A stretch of 61,755 nt of DNA from Gammaproteobacteria bacterium (GTDB taxonomy: Bacteria > Pseudomonadota > Gammaproteobacteria > DSM-16500): NCBI GenBank assembly GCA_049294295.1, contig JBAQCP010000259.1, forward strand, positions 1 to 61,755, written 5' to 3'. The translations under genes and the position numbers were made by a program. Below are positions 37,796-47,804 of this stretch, in pieces. The notes below the pieces were generated by a model. It searched no databases. It was not told where the DNA came from and saw nothing but the letters and a program-made list of their open reading frames with translations. Every line of letters begins with the position of its first letter. Within the stretch, counting starts at the first letter, position 1.

Positions 37796-37973
37796 TCACG
37801 AGAAACAACCCACTTTAGGAATGATAAAGATTTCAGACTATAAGTAAGACATCTCATAAAATTTAATTTTTTCCGCTGGTAATGCCAGTTACCGGCCTAG
37901 CTTTAAGTCCTGGGGTGGCTAGCTCGAAGTGCAACCCCATTTTCTATTGACTAAAGCTCTTTTCTACTTTTTC

Positions 37974-38204
37974 TTAGATCCTATCCATCAATAAAATATG
38001 AATGTGGTCATCAAAGTATTTTTTCCACTCAGCCTGAGCACCCACATATTTATCAAATGTATCTCTAGTTTCATCGTAGGTTATTAATCCTTGATTTACT
38101 TTTTTTACTTCATACAGCCAACGCTTCTCCGCAGTCAGGTATTCTTCATTAAGTGATTCTGACTTCTCAAATATTTTTAAATCATCAATAGATATTGTAC
38201 GCAT
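37974..38204 (-). CDS. Hypothetical protein
   Basis: ATG with RBS GGGGAG. Confidence 0.55.
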   Translation of the reverse strand: MRTISIDDLKIFEKSESLNEEYLTAEKRWLYEVKKVNQGLITYDETRDTFDKYVGAQAEWKKYFDDHIHILLMDRI

Positions 38205-38227
38205 GTGCGCTCCCCACTTTAATTAAG

Positions 38228-38995
38228 CTATTTTATACATTTAGTCTTTAATTTTACGAGCCGAATTACAAGCTGTCTTGTGATTTCAATTGCAGAATCT
38301 AATTCACATGAATCATTAAATTCTCTGAGGTGCGTCAGATCTGGGCTATATAATACATAATCGCGTCTATATATTAACTCATCTAAGTTATCTTTAGCAT
38401 ATTCTAACGCAGTTGTAAGCTCATCATATTTATAGGTATGGCCGAAGTAGTATAAGTTTTCCAAAAGATCTTGATTTTCACTAGTAAATTCAATCTCAGT
38501 CTTTTGACCAATATTATTATTTTTTATTAGTTGATCTAGATCATTAATATTGATAGGAATAACATCTAAGATTGTTCTTAAAATTGAGTGCTTTAGGACG
38601 AGCATTATATCGGCTATCGTTATTAACTGAGACTTATTGCTTAAATAAGTGAAAGCAGCTCTTAAATCATCTAATGAAATCTGAATATCATTTTCCATTA
38701 TAGTTTCAACTAAGTCATGATAGTGAAAATCATCTACTACATATCGATCTCTAACAGATTTCCAGTAATAAATATCTAGGCGAAGCATTTCAATATTAAA
38801 TAGCATTTCAGGAACAATAGATGATGGCACTTTGTTTGAATAATACCGTGTATAATTATTTTCTATCTTTCTGTAAACTCTAAATGTTTCCTCAGACTCA
38901 ATATGTAGGCTTATGAGCATTGGATTTAACTCGTTTATGCTATTAGAAGTAGATGAGTACATATAATTAATAAACTTCTTAAAGTTAGTAAGCAT
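38228..38995 (-). CDS. Hypothetical protein
   Basis: 255-aa ORF with RBS AGGA. Confidence 0.65.
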   Translation of the reverse strand: MLTNFKKFINYMYSSTSNSINELNPMLISLHIESEETFRVYRKIENNYTRYYSNKVPSSIVPEMLFNIEMLRLDIYYWKSVRDRYVVDDFHYHDLVETIMENDIQISLDDLRAAFTYLSNKSQLITIADIMLVLKHSILRTILDVIPININDLDQLIKNNNIGQKTEIEFTSENQDLLENLYYFGHTYKYDELTTALEYAKDNLDELIYRRDYVLYSPDLTHLREFNDSCELDSAIEITRQLVIRLVKLKTKCIK

Positions 38996-39056
38996 AATGA
39001 TCCTATTAAATATCTAATACTAACCTAATTTTCTGTTTAGTTTAATAAACTGCTCA

Positions 39057-39563
39057 TTAAGGATTGGCACCTCGAGGTGAATTTGAGTCAGCTTTATCAA
39101 CCAGGAAATGAGAATACCGATCTTTACAACCATCAATCAATATTTGAAGTTCCGTTGATAACTTCTCAAGCTCTTTATCGGACTCATCAATATTTATTAG
39201 CTGATTAAGTATTGTATTTTGCTTAATTACCACAGGATCATTGGGGTATCCTAATGAGGATTGGAATTCTTTAACTAACTTCAATTGTCTTTCTTTACTT
39301 TCCTTTCTTAAATCATCAATCTTTTTTAAATGCATTAGGTCATCAGAAACCATTTTTATTACATTAAATAAACTATCTAAAATATTATTAAAGATTTTCT
39401 TATCCGCGCGGTTCGGCATTGATATACATTTCTCTATTGCTTCACAATATCTAGATATAAGATCAATGTCTGATTTTAAAGATTCTTTCCTTTCATGAAG
39501 GATTTTATTACTATCATATTGCATTTTTTTAAATAAATAATCATCAGACGATAGATCAAACAT
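39057..39563 (-). CDS. Hypothetical coiled-coil protein
   Basis: RBS AGGAGG; heptad-like charged helices. Confidence 0.65.
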   Translation of the reverse strand: MFDLSSDDYLFKKMQYDSNKILHERKESLKSDIDLISRYCEAIEKCISMPNRADKKIFNNILDSLFNVIKMVSDDLMHLKKIDDLRKESKERQLKLVKEFQSSLGYPNDPVVIKQNTILNQLINIDESDKELEKLSTELQILIDGCKDRYSHFLVDKADSNSPRGANP

Positions 39564-39578
39564 ACTTTCCTCCTAATA

Positions 39579-40736
39579 TTATCTACCCATCCTAGGTGCT
39601 GATTGGTCGTTTTCATTAGCATTACTCTGGGTCTGCCCTGCTATGTCGTCAGCAAAAGGATCATCGTAGTGAGATAATTTACTACTTAATGTATCGCCTT
39701 CAAGGAACATATTACCTATACTTAACATTTTCTCTTTATTGGAGATAGATGATTCAGGTTGGATTGATTCTTCGCTTGTAAATTCTCTGTCCATAAATGA
39801 TTCATCCATATATCCTTTTTCCACTAATGAATCTACCTCATATACTAGATTGGACATAAAACTTATTAACGTATCTCTTTCACCAATTAAGTTTTCAGCG
39901 GAATCCTTATCATGTTCGATCTGACTTGTTAAAGAGGTGACATCAGCAGTTGATTGAGCCACATTTTCAAATCCATTTTGACTTTTAATATGCTTTGCAA
40001 ATATATCGGCTAATTCATTATTGCCTATTTTCTCAAGTGCAGATTGAGATACAAACGCAGGCAATTGTGCATAAACGGCATCTTGAATATTTTCAGCTGT
40101 TACCATATTTTTAAATATATTATCTGATAACTTTCTACCGATAGATTTAAACTCATCTTTGTTTATATAGTTATTAATATTGGAGTGATCATAATGAAAA
40201 TAGTTAGCCTTATCAGAGAATATCAATTCCTTAAATTCTTGTATTTTTGAGAGTATAATGTCCTTCTTCGCTATGTTTTCATTGATACGATTTTGCAAAA
40301 ATTCTATGCGTCTAGTTAATAGTTTTATCTCCGCCCTGATTGCCTTTATCAAATTAGCCAATCGTTCTTGGAGTTCTAATAAAGTACTAACTTCTTTATG
40401 ATACGCGGTAGAATCTTTAATAGGATAAAGTGTAGCGTTAAGATCTCGAAGAGATTGTATATATTTTTCCATCTCTCTATCAAATTCATCTCTTTCCTTC
40501 TTAGCTTTTTTAACATTAATTAACATCTCTTCAAATTGATTGTCATTAACAATTCGATAAATGACGGCTTGGGCTTTTATAAAATCACGGCGAATTTTTT
40601 CAGGACCATACAGATTTAATTGGTGATCAGCCAATGTACTTTCATCTTGGGTTTTCTTTTCGGTCCTATCCATGACACATCCCCGTTTAAAATGTGTGAT
40701 ACTAGTTATAGAGACAATTTTGCATTTCTTGATCAA
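39579..40736 (-). CDS. Hypothetical coiled-coil protein (likely start MDRTEKK near 40673)
   Basis: Long charged helical segment and acidic low-complexity tail. Confidence 0.7.
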   Translation of the reverse strand: MIKKCKIVSITSITHFKRGCVMDRTEKKTQDESTLADHQLNLYGPEKIRRDFIKAQAVIYRIVNDNQFEEMLINVKKAKKERDEFDREMEKYIQSLRDLNATLYPIKDSTAYHKEVSTLLELQERLANLIKAIRAEIKLLTRRIEFLQNRINENIAKKDIILSKIQEFKELIFSDKANYFHYDHSNINNYINKDEFKSIGRKLSDNIFKNMVTAENIQDAVYAQLPAFVSQSALEKIGNNELADIFAKHIKSQNGFENVAQSTADVTSLTSQIEHDKDSAENLIGERDTLISFMSNLVYEVDSLVEKGYMDESFMDREFTSEESIQPESSISNKEKMLSIGNMFLEGDTLSSKLSHYDDPFADDIAGQTQSNANENDQSAPRMGR

Positions 40737-40847
40737 TTATTAAGAAGGCTTTACAATTAGATTAAACCAAATTGATCAAAAAATGTGTAAAACTACACAA
40801 ATTATGTAGAATTGAGTTAATTATTAATTACTTACGGGGATATTGTT

Positions 40848-41666
40848 ATGCCTACCACACGAGACGAAATCAACAGTTACCTTGAAAATATCCATGGACC
40901 AAGTTATAGAAAGATAAAAAAGATCGTAGAAAGAATGAATACAGTGGCTGCTAACCTTAATCTATTGCATGTCACCACACAAAAATTGATGGTTGATATT
41001 CATTTTTGCTTATATCCCAAATTCAAATTAGCTCCTGTTATCTGGGATCAGCAGTTGGAAAGTATCACTAAATTACTACAAACCGCTCAGGTTGCTAAGG
41101 CACAATGGGATATTGATCAAAAATTTATAGATGATTTTGCTTCTAAAGGTGATGGTGTCTTAAAGACATATAAAGATACAGTTGATATTGTCCTGTCCAA
41201 ACCAGCAAACGCATCCCCAGATGTTAATAACTTTCTCGCTACGATTAAACGAGAAGTTTCAGCAACTTATGATGTAGCTGCTCGAGGGTTTGAACTATAT
41301 GGTAATGCCACTGCTGATCTTTCAAATTTGATTCGGGAATACAATACAGCCTTAATAGGTGCTGATAAATTATTTACTTCACAGAAGACCTCTACATTAG
41401 GATCTACAAGCCTATCAAGTTCCCCAGAAAATACGGCGGCCACGTCATCAAGAGCTTCTAGTTCTAGTGTAAGCTCCACTTCAAGTTCGCCTTCTTCTGC
41501 TTCATCTTCTCGCGCTGCGTCGCCTTCTAAGCCCGTAGCAGCTAGTTTAGCATCTAGCTCACACTCCCAATTTAAGACTGGACAGCCTGATCAAACAGCA
41601 GCTCAACAACCTGTAAATAATAAAAAGCCAAAGAAGCATGGTAGCGGAGGCTGCAATATAATGTAA
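40848..41666 (+). CDS. Effector-like protein with C-terminal polybasic-CaaX prenylation motif
   Basis: Ends KKPKKHGSGGCNIM*; Ser-rich linker; followed by a strong hairpin at about 41672-41708. Confidence 0.7.
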   Translation: MPTTRDEINSYLENIHGPSYRKIKKIVERMNTVAANLNLLHVTTQKLMVDIHFCLYPKFKLAPVIWDQQLESITKLLQTAQVAKAQWDIDQKFIDDFASKGDGVLKTYKDTVDIVLSKPANASPDVNNFLATIKREVSATYDVAARGFELYGNATADLSNLIREYNTALIGADKLFTSQKTSTLGSTSLSSSPENTAATSSRASSSSVSSTSSSPSSASSSRAASPSKPVAASLASSSHSQFKTGQPDQTAAQQPVNNKKPKKHGSGGCNIM

Positions 41667-41725
41667 CTTAGTTAATAGGCTAAATATAATGAATATTTAG
41701 CCTATTAATCTCAAATTAAGCTATA

Positions 41726-42304
41726 ATGAAAGTTAGAATAATTATGAGTGACCAAATGATGGAAACTAATAATAATATTTTAGCCACCCTTAATCAGAAT
41801 ATCTCTCCGCTCAATAATAAACTCATTCGTGTAAAAAAGCGCTTAGATCTTACTAAAGATAATATAATAAACGTTTTTGATGCGTATAGTTTTATCATGT
41901 CGCATAAAAGCACCCTAAGAAAATTACTATCAAAAAATGATGATGCAATATTCGATGTCTTGTTTTCTATCAGAGAGCCTTGTGTCAAATTTAAAATTTT
42001 AGCTGAGCAATATAAAATTGATAGAGATGAGTTTCTCATTAAATTCTTTCAACAAAACCCTATCTTACTAAATCAACAGCATGAAAATATGAGAAAAATG
42101 AAAGAATTGTTAGGTAGTAGTAAAAGTGAAGAAGAGGCTAATAAAATTAAATTGCTACTCGATACATTTCAAATTCAGCTTGACTCAATAGAAACAGATT
42201 TTTTGGAATTTAATAATTTTTACCAATCTGGTACTGTTGAGAAATTAATAGATGAGTGTGAAACAACAATTCAGTCTATCTTCGAAAAAGCTAAACCACA
42301 TTAA
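41726..42304 (+). CDS. Hypothetical helical protein
   Basis: 192-aa ORF followed by a terminator. Confidence 0.65.
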   Translation: MKVRIIMSDQMMETNNNILATLNQNISPLNNKLIRVKKRLDLTKDNIINVFDAYSFIMSHKSTLRKLLSKNDDAIFDVLFSIREPCVKFKILAEQYKIDRDEFLIKFFQQNPILLNQQHENMRKMKELLGSSKSEEEANKIKLLLDTFQIQLDSIETDFLEFNNFYQSGTVEKLIDECETTIQSIFEKAKPH

Positions 42305-42317
42305 AAAATGTTCCCGT

Positions 42318-42355
42318 TTAGTTGGTAATATGGTCATATTACCAACTATTTTTTT
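42318..42355 (+). terminator. Rho-independent terminator
   Basis: TAGTTGGTAATATG-gt-CATATTACCAACTA followed by a T run. Confidence 0.75.
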
Positions 42356-42546
42356 GTTATGGCCGATAAAGCGTCTTACCGGCCTTATATCCCTCAGCAA
42401 ATCATTGAATTAATACATGTTATTAAATAACAATGTTATCATTTCGAGGATAATATTTACAAACAGTCTTGATGCGCATATTATATGCACACTAATACGT
42501 CACCTGCCTCTACTACTCTACTAACTTAACTATTGATGGGAAAAAA

Positions 42547-43002
42547 ATGAAAAGCCAGTTAAGCGCCCTTTTTTTGTTAATATATTGCGGTATCACTTCA
42601 GCAAATACTCGTACCGTTTACTGCCCTGAAAGCATCATTTGCGACGAATCTAATAATATTTCTTCATGTAAAGTGAATTGGGGTCAGGGAAATACAGCAA
42701 AATGGGAAACGGGAGAATTAAGTTATGGTAGTGCTGTCCAGTCTGGAACTTACCAATTTGAAAAATCCCAAGCACCCTATGATGCTATCGATAAAGCGTC
42801 CATGCATGGATATTGTTCATATGGATATAAAGTAAACGCTAAGATAACCAAATATATTTTCATACATGGTAATAGTTTTCAGGCCAGTTCATTTCCATTA
42901 GACAACAATAACTGGACAATGGCTTCTACAGCAAATGATGGCGTTTTTGCAAATTGTTATTCTAGTAACCCTTTTGAGTGCCCTTTAGCCATGCAGTCGT
43001 AA
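42547..43002 (+). CDS. Secreted Cys-rich protein
   Basis: N-terminal signal peptide; six Cys in the mature part (YCPESIIC...ECPL). Confidence 0.7.
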   Translation: MKSQLSALFLLIYCGITSANTRTVYCPESIICDESNNISSCKVNWGQGNTAKWETGELSYGSAVQSGTYQFEKSQAPYDAIDKASMHGYCSYGYKVNAKITKYIFIHGNSFQASSFPLDNNNWTMASTANDGVFANCYSSNPFECPLAMQS

Positions 43003-43063
43003 TAAATGAATATGGCCGTAACCGTTATCCAAGCATATTTGTTAATGATGAGACTATGACTCC

Positions 43064-43351
43064 ATGAATAAGTTAAATTGTGACTTCATAAAACAGTATC
43101 ATCCTTATGTTTTAAAATACCTCATTCGTGCAATAGAAAAAATACGTGTTCAAGAAAATCTGAATCTTCGGGCAATTGCAGAATTTAATCAATTATTGAT
43201 TTGTCATAATGCAACCGCTCGCTTAAACTTGCTAACGCGATGGATTAGTCTTTATATTTCAGACAAACGTGCGTATCAGTGTTATTTAGCCATTCACCAA
43301 CATATCTCTCGAAATAAGCTTCAGCACCCTATCCGTACGGCACTAAAATAG
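43064..43351 (+). CDS. Hypothetical protein
   Basis: 95-aa ATG-started ORF. Confidence 0.45.
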   Translation: MNKLNCDFIKQYHPYVLKYLIRAIEKIRVQENLNLRAIAEFNQLLICHNATARLNLLTRWISLYISDKRAYQCYLAIHQHISRNKLQHPIRTALK

Positions 43352-43413
43352 TCTTGGGGTTTATAAAAGCAACAAATTGTGGCAGAATCGCGCTTTATTA
43401 AAAAGGATAAAAC

Positions 43414-43704
43414 GTGAAAAAATCTACAACTTTAGCTGACATTAAAAAATTAACTAGTGGAATTAAGAAATTTAGTGCTGAATTATCCAAGATGCGCGAT
43501 CAACTTAAAAAATTAAAAGTTCGTGCAAAAGATGAAAAAGCAGCTGCAAAACTAGCTGCTATTGCAAAGAAAAAAGCAGCGCTTGAGAAGAAAAAGTCTA
43601 AGGTGACAAAAAAAGCAGCTCCAAAAACATCAAAATCTACTAAGGCAAAACCTAGTAAAGTAACACCTGCCAAAGCTGCTCGTAAAAAGTCAGCTAAGAA
43701 ATAG
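43414..43704 (+). CDS. Histone H1-like Lys/Ala-rich DNA-binding protein
   Basis: KKAAPKTSKSTKAKPSKVTPAKAARKKSAKK; RBS AAGGA; downstream hairpin at 43714-43742. Confidence 0.75.
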   Translation: MKKSTTLADIKKLTSGIKKFSAELSKMRDQLKKLKVRAKDEKAAAKLAAIAKKKAALEKKKSKVTKKAAPKTSKSTKAKPSKVTPAKAARKKSAKK

Positions 43705-43959
43705 CTAAGCGTCAGATGCCATTAGTCAGACTAGTGGCATCTTGCGACATAACATAATAAGAGTGCAGCTTCAGCTGCTCCTATGACAATAGCGCTTTAA
43801 TGAGAATAAGTCTCGGATATATAATAAAAAAATTATGTAAATAATGCATAAAATTCAAATAGTTAATGGTCTTCATCTAGTGATTTAAAGAATATTTAAT
43901 AGTAGAATATTATAGTATACTAACTTATCTCCTAATATTTTATTTAAGAACGGCAGGCT

Positions 43960-44871
43960 ATGCATAAAGAAAAGTCCTCATTTTTAGAATTCTTCGAGTT
44001 TGCGACCTCTCCCATGAGAGAAGCCGCAGCCTATGAAGCTTTGTGGGATAATGATACTGCTTCAGTAAAATCTATTTCTGAAAAAGTGTTTAAGAAGAAT
44101 TTTATAAGCTTTTCCTCTCTTATAGATCCAGAAGTGGTAGATCGATATCTCAAAGTTATAAATCATAAGTTCGAAGAGATGAATTACAATATTGGTATGC
44201 ATTTTCTAGGAGATGCAGAATATCCTGATAAACTATTAGATGCCAAATACCCCACACCTTTTATATATTTTTCAGGGAAATGGGATTTAGCGTTTTCACC
44301 TTCTGTGGCAATAGTAGGAACACGAAACCCTAGTCCTGAAGGGATAAAACGTACCATACAATTAGTTCGTAACTTGGTAGCAGATAATTTTACTATTACA
44401 TCCGGTCTAGCTGCTGGTATTGATACAGCTGCACATCAGGCCGCTATAGATCTTAAAGGTAATACTATAGGGGTAATTGGTACGCCCATTTCAGAACACT
44501 ATCCACGAAGCAATAGCGCATTACAAAAGAAAATTGCCTCAGAACATCTCTTAATTAGCCAAGTGCCATTTATAAAATATGATCACCAGGATTATCGAAA
44601 GAATAGATTTTTCTTTCCCGAACGCAATAAAACTATGTCAGCCTTAACCATGGCTACAATTATTGTAGAGGCTGGAGAAACATCGGGATCGCTAATTCAG
44701 GCAAAAGCTGCTCTTGAGCAAGGCAGGAAATTGTTTATATTAGACAGCTGTTTTCACAATGAAAATCTTACCTGGCCCAAAAAATATGAGGGCATGGGAG
44801 CAATACGTGTCAGAGATTATTCAGATATTATTAATTCGTTAGGCTCAGCTAATCAGGAATTCAAAAATTAA
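43960..44871 (+). CDS. DprA/SMF-family protein (ShosA-like)
   Basis: YPDKL, VAIVGTR, SGLAAGIDTAAH, FPERNKTMS, VEAGETSGSL. Confidence 0.92.
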   Translation: MHKEKSSFLEFFEFATSPMREAAAYEALWDNDTASVKSISEKVFKKNFISFSSLIDPEVVDRYLKVINHKFEEMNYNIGMHFLGDAEYPDKLLDAKYPTPFIYFSGKWDLAFSPSVAIVGTRNPSPEGIKRTIQLVRNLVADNFTITSGLAAGIDTAAHQAAIDLKGNTIGVIGTPISEHYPRSNSALQKKIASEHLLISQVPFIKYDHQDYRKNRFFFPERNKTMSALTMATIIVEAGETSGSLIQAKAALEQGRKLFILDSCFHNENLTWPKKYEGMGAIRVRDYSDIINSLGSANQEFKN

Positions 44872-45490
44872 ACTTCTTAAATCTGATATTTACACTTTAA
44901 CTCAGCATTTAGACTTAGAATTAAGTGACAAATTCTGTTACTGGCGTGAATATACACCTGGTGAAAAATATTCTCATAGTGAGACCAATCAATTAATCCA
45001 TAATTTAAAAATTGAAGTTACTGCTTCGAATAGAATCCACCATAAAGAGCAGGCTATTCAGTACATTGCTAAAGAACTAACTGAAGTCCTTCCTAGAGAT
45101 AGCACCTATCAAGATTTTACTTTTGTACCAATACCGCCTTCTAAGATTAAATCAGACCCATTATACGATGATAGATTGTGCAAAATCTTAGACGTTGTCT
45201 CTAATAGAAAAAACATTACCCTGGATATAAGAAATATTATTACTCAAAGTCAGACTACACAAGCAGCGCATTTCACACAAAAACGCATGTCTGTAAATGA
45301 GCTATGCAATATTTATGATATCGATTTATCTCAAATAGAACCGATTCCCAAAAATGTCTTTATATTCGATGACATTTTAACTAAAGGTACGCATTTTAAA
45401 GCCGTGCAAAAAATGTTAAAGACTGTTTGGCCAAATGCAAATATGTTTGGTCTGTTTATTGCCAGATCCAAATATTGCACACTTGTCTAA
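44867..45490 (+). CDS. Phosphoribosyltransferase-fold protein (ShosT/ComF-like), about 207 aa; the ORF track calls only 45176-45490
   Basis: Frame is open from 44843 with no ATG; candidate ATT start at 44867 with AGGA 8 nt upstream; FVPIPPSK and FIFDDILTKGTHF (PRPP-binding loop). Confidence 0.75.
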   Translation: MKLLKSDIYTLTQHLDLELSDKFCYWREYTPGEKYSHSETNQLIHNLKIEVTASNRIHHKEQAIQYIAKELTEVLPRDSTYQDFTFVPIPPSKIKSDPLYDDRLCKILDVVSNRKNITLDIRNIITQSQTTQAAHFTQKRMSVNELCNIYDIDLSQIEPIPKNVFIFDDILTKGTHFKAVQKMLKTVWPNANMFGLFIARSKYCTLV

Positions 45491-45495
45491 CAAAT

Positions 45496-46584
45496 TTATA
45501 TGGGTATAATAGTACATCTACAACCCATTTCATTAGTGCAACTTTCATAAGGGAGCTCAGGCAAATCATGTAAGAGATCAATCCGATTTTCGATCTTTAA
45601 ACATTCTTCACAAGATGCTCCGCACCCAAGTATTCTTCCTTGCTCAATGCCACATGCCTCCATTTTTTTTATCTGATTAATATAAATTATATGAAATCGC
45701 ATCATGCGCACCGTAGTTAAAATATCAAATTTAGATTTCCATTGAAAATTTGAAGGAACCCACTTTGGCGACATTTCTCCATGTAGTAAATGACTAATTG
45801 ATGTTACAACGTGTAATATTTCCCATTCTATTTCAGACAATTCCCCTAATATCTTAGGTCGCAAAGTGAAAATCATTTTTAACTCTTGGATATCTGCTGA
45901 AGTCATTCTAGGAGGAACTTTAAGTGCGAAAGGATTTGGTAGTGAAAAATCCAGCTTCTTAGATTCATAATCTTGTATTGTAAGGCTTGCCTTTTCAAAG
46001 TCACGAGAACTCAATGCTGTTAGTAATATAGCTATTACTCCATCTAATTTACTTTTTTGATTATTAATATAATTAGAAACTTTAACGCGGGCTTCAGCAG
46101 AACATTGAAATATCATCTTTGAGCCATATAATTTAAGCATTCCTTCTTCGTCTGCTGCCATCAGGCGATCAACCAATTCATGTTTATTTCCACTAACCTG
46201 TAGGCTTCGTTCTTTAAGCATTTTTTTGAGGCTAGCAGCGGTATTACTATATTCTACTTTAGCATTGAGTGGAGCAGACACAATTAGACCATTTTCAATG
46301 CAACGATTAAGACTGACTTGGGGCGATTCGCCTAGTAATGACTCCCAATGATCTGGTACGCTATTCACAATATCTTTTGGCTTTAAGAACCGACTTAGAA
46401 GATTTAGATACACTTCATTATTCCAATCCACATCAATTCTATTTTCCTGGCGTTTTGCATGAGCAGCAGAATCTACTTTAGCTAGCTTTTTTTTATTAAA
46501 AAATCGTCGAAATAGATGCATTATAGTTTCCTGCTTATAAATCTTAAAAATTAAAAGCCCTTTCTTGACCACCCTATCCAGCAA
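45496..46584 (-). CDS. SAP-domain protein with C-terminal Cys cluster
   Basis: SLKKMLKERSLQVSGNKHELVDRL; CEEC...CTNEMGCRC. Confidence 0.7.
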   Translation of the reverse strand: MLDRVVKKGLLIFKIYKQETIMHLFRRFFNKKKLAKVDSAAHAKRQENRIDVDWNNEVYLNLLSRFLKPKDIVNSVPDHWESLLGESPQVSLNRCIENGLIVSAPLNAKVEYSNTAASLKKMLKERSLQVSGNKHELVDRLMAADEEGMLKLYGSKMIFQCSAEARVKVSNYINNQKSKLDGVIAILLTALSSRDFEKASLTIQDYESKKLDFSLPNPFALKVPPRMTSADIQELKMIFTLRPKILGELSEIEWEILHVVTSISHLLHGEMSPKWVPSNFQWKSKFDILTTVRMMRFHIIYINQIKKMEACGIEQGRILGCGASCEECLKIENRIDLLHDLPELPYESCTNEMGCRCTIIPI

Positions 46585-46718
46585 ACCTTAGTTCTAATAA
46601 TGCCCCATTATCGGCACTTAAACGTTGTAGGGGGTAGATTTAGCGCTTACTTAATAATTAATCAGGTTTGCGCTGGCGGCAAATCCACTCTATGCACTTG
46701 TACGCAAGCTTGCGACAA

Positions 46719-47294
46719 TTACACAAAATTTATATGCATCAATTTAATAAAAGTTGCGCCGATAGATGATACCCAATATATAACATTAATTGTTTTAACT
46801 ATTGCAGCAGCAACCTTAGAGCCTTGGTCAAGCCCTAAGTAAATAATTATTTTCTGCGGAAGAAATAATACAAAATCAATCCAATACAACGGATTGATTG
46901 AATCAAAGCATCTTTTTTTATAAACCCCGATTGCTTGGCAAAAAAAACTATGCATATTATTGATGATTGCCCCCTTGAACTTCATCATGTTATCAAACAA
47001 CGATACATATGCATTACTTACATTCATTGGGTCTATCATTTCGCTAATTAATACCTGGGGATCTTTCAACCCAGCTTTTTTGAAGAGCTCAATAATTTCT
47101 TGTTGATTTTCATGAATCAACCAATCAGATTTCTGAGTTATATATTTTTCATAAGTATTTTTCAGCGATGTTAATCGTCTATATCTAAAAAAATTTAATG
47201 TTGCTTTGTAGATTACAGTGATGAGAAATATAACAATCATAATTATTGCAATATGCATAAATATCCTTACAAGAGGTAAGTTGGGCAGCCCCAC
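46719..47294 (-). CDS. Hypothetical membrane protein
   Basis: N- and C-terminal hydrophobic helices; INPLYWIDFVLFLP. Confidence 0.65.
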   Translation of the reverse strand: MGLPNLPLVRIFMHIAIIMIVIFLITVIYKATLNFFRYRRLTSLKNTYEKYITQKSDWLIHENQQEIIELFKKAGLKDPQVLISEMIDPMNVSNAYVSLFDNMMKFKGAIINNMHSFFCQAIGVYKKRCFDSINPLYWIDFVLFLPQKIIIYLGLDQGSKVAAAIVKTINVIYWVSSIGATFIKLMHINFV

Positions 47295-47485
47295 AAAAAT
47301 CCTGAATTTTTATTTGAGATTTAATAATTTTCTAGCTTCTTTAATATCAATTTAAAAACCTATACACGTGCTTTTCAAGCAAATGAAAAAGATTTTCTCC
47401 AGTTAAAAGAATTATATTTTTATCTTTGCAAACTCATAAGCATCGAAACTATATGCTGATTGATTCCATCTTGAAAAAATTAAAC

Positions 47486-47716
47486 CTATTTAACATGCTT
47501 ATCGATCTCTTCTTTAGCAAGTGATTTAATTGCGCTTTCAGCAGCCTCTATGTCTGGATAAGTATTATTTAAAGTAATCATAGGGGTTAGAACATACTGT
47601 GATGTGAATATTGTAATAACAGCATTACCGCCAAATGATTTATCTTTTCCATAAGCTGAATAGTTGAAAGCAATACTTTTATAAGTGTCACTACCATCCT
47701 TTCTATTTTCACTCAT
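47486..47716 (-). CDS. Hypothetical protein
   Basis: ATG with RBS AGGAGA. Confidence 0.55.
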   Translation of the reverse strand: MSENRKDGSDTYKSIAFNYSAYGKDKSFGGNAVITIFTSQYVLTPMITLNNTYPDIEAAESAIKSLAKEEIDKHVK

Positions 47717-47804
47717 AAAACTCTCCTAACTTAAAGATGCTATAAGTGTTATATAGCATTGATAGTCATCATATTTACTAGAAACAAAGGAATATAAATA
47801 AATT

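Noticed and set aside
37870..37940. GC-rich structured patch, possible tRNA or ncRNA
   Set aside because: No cloverleaf or T-loop consensus; more likely a terminator hairpin between convergent genes
43815..43845. Possible dif/pdif (XerCD) site
   Set aside because: TTATGTAAAT only partly matches the XerD arm, there is no convincing XerC arm, and no partner site was found
43960..44871. DprA as a natural-competence gene
   Set aside because: Lacks the C-terminal extension and competence context; coupled to a PRTase as in TA/defence pairs
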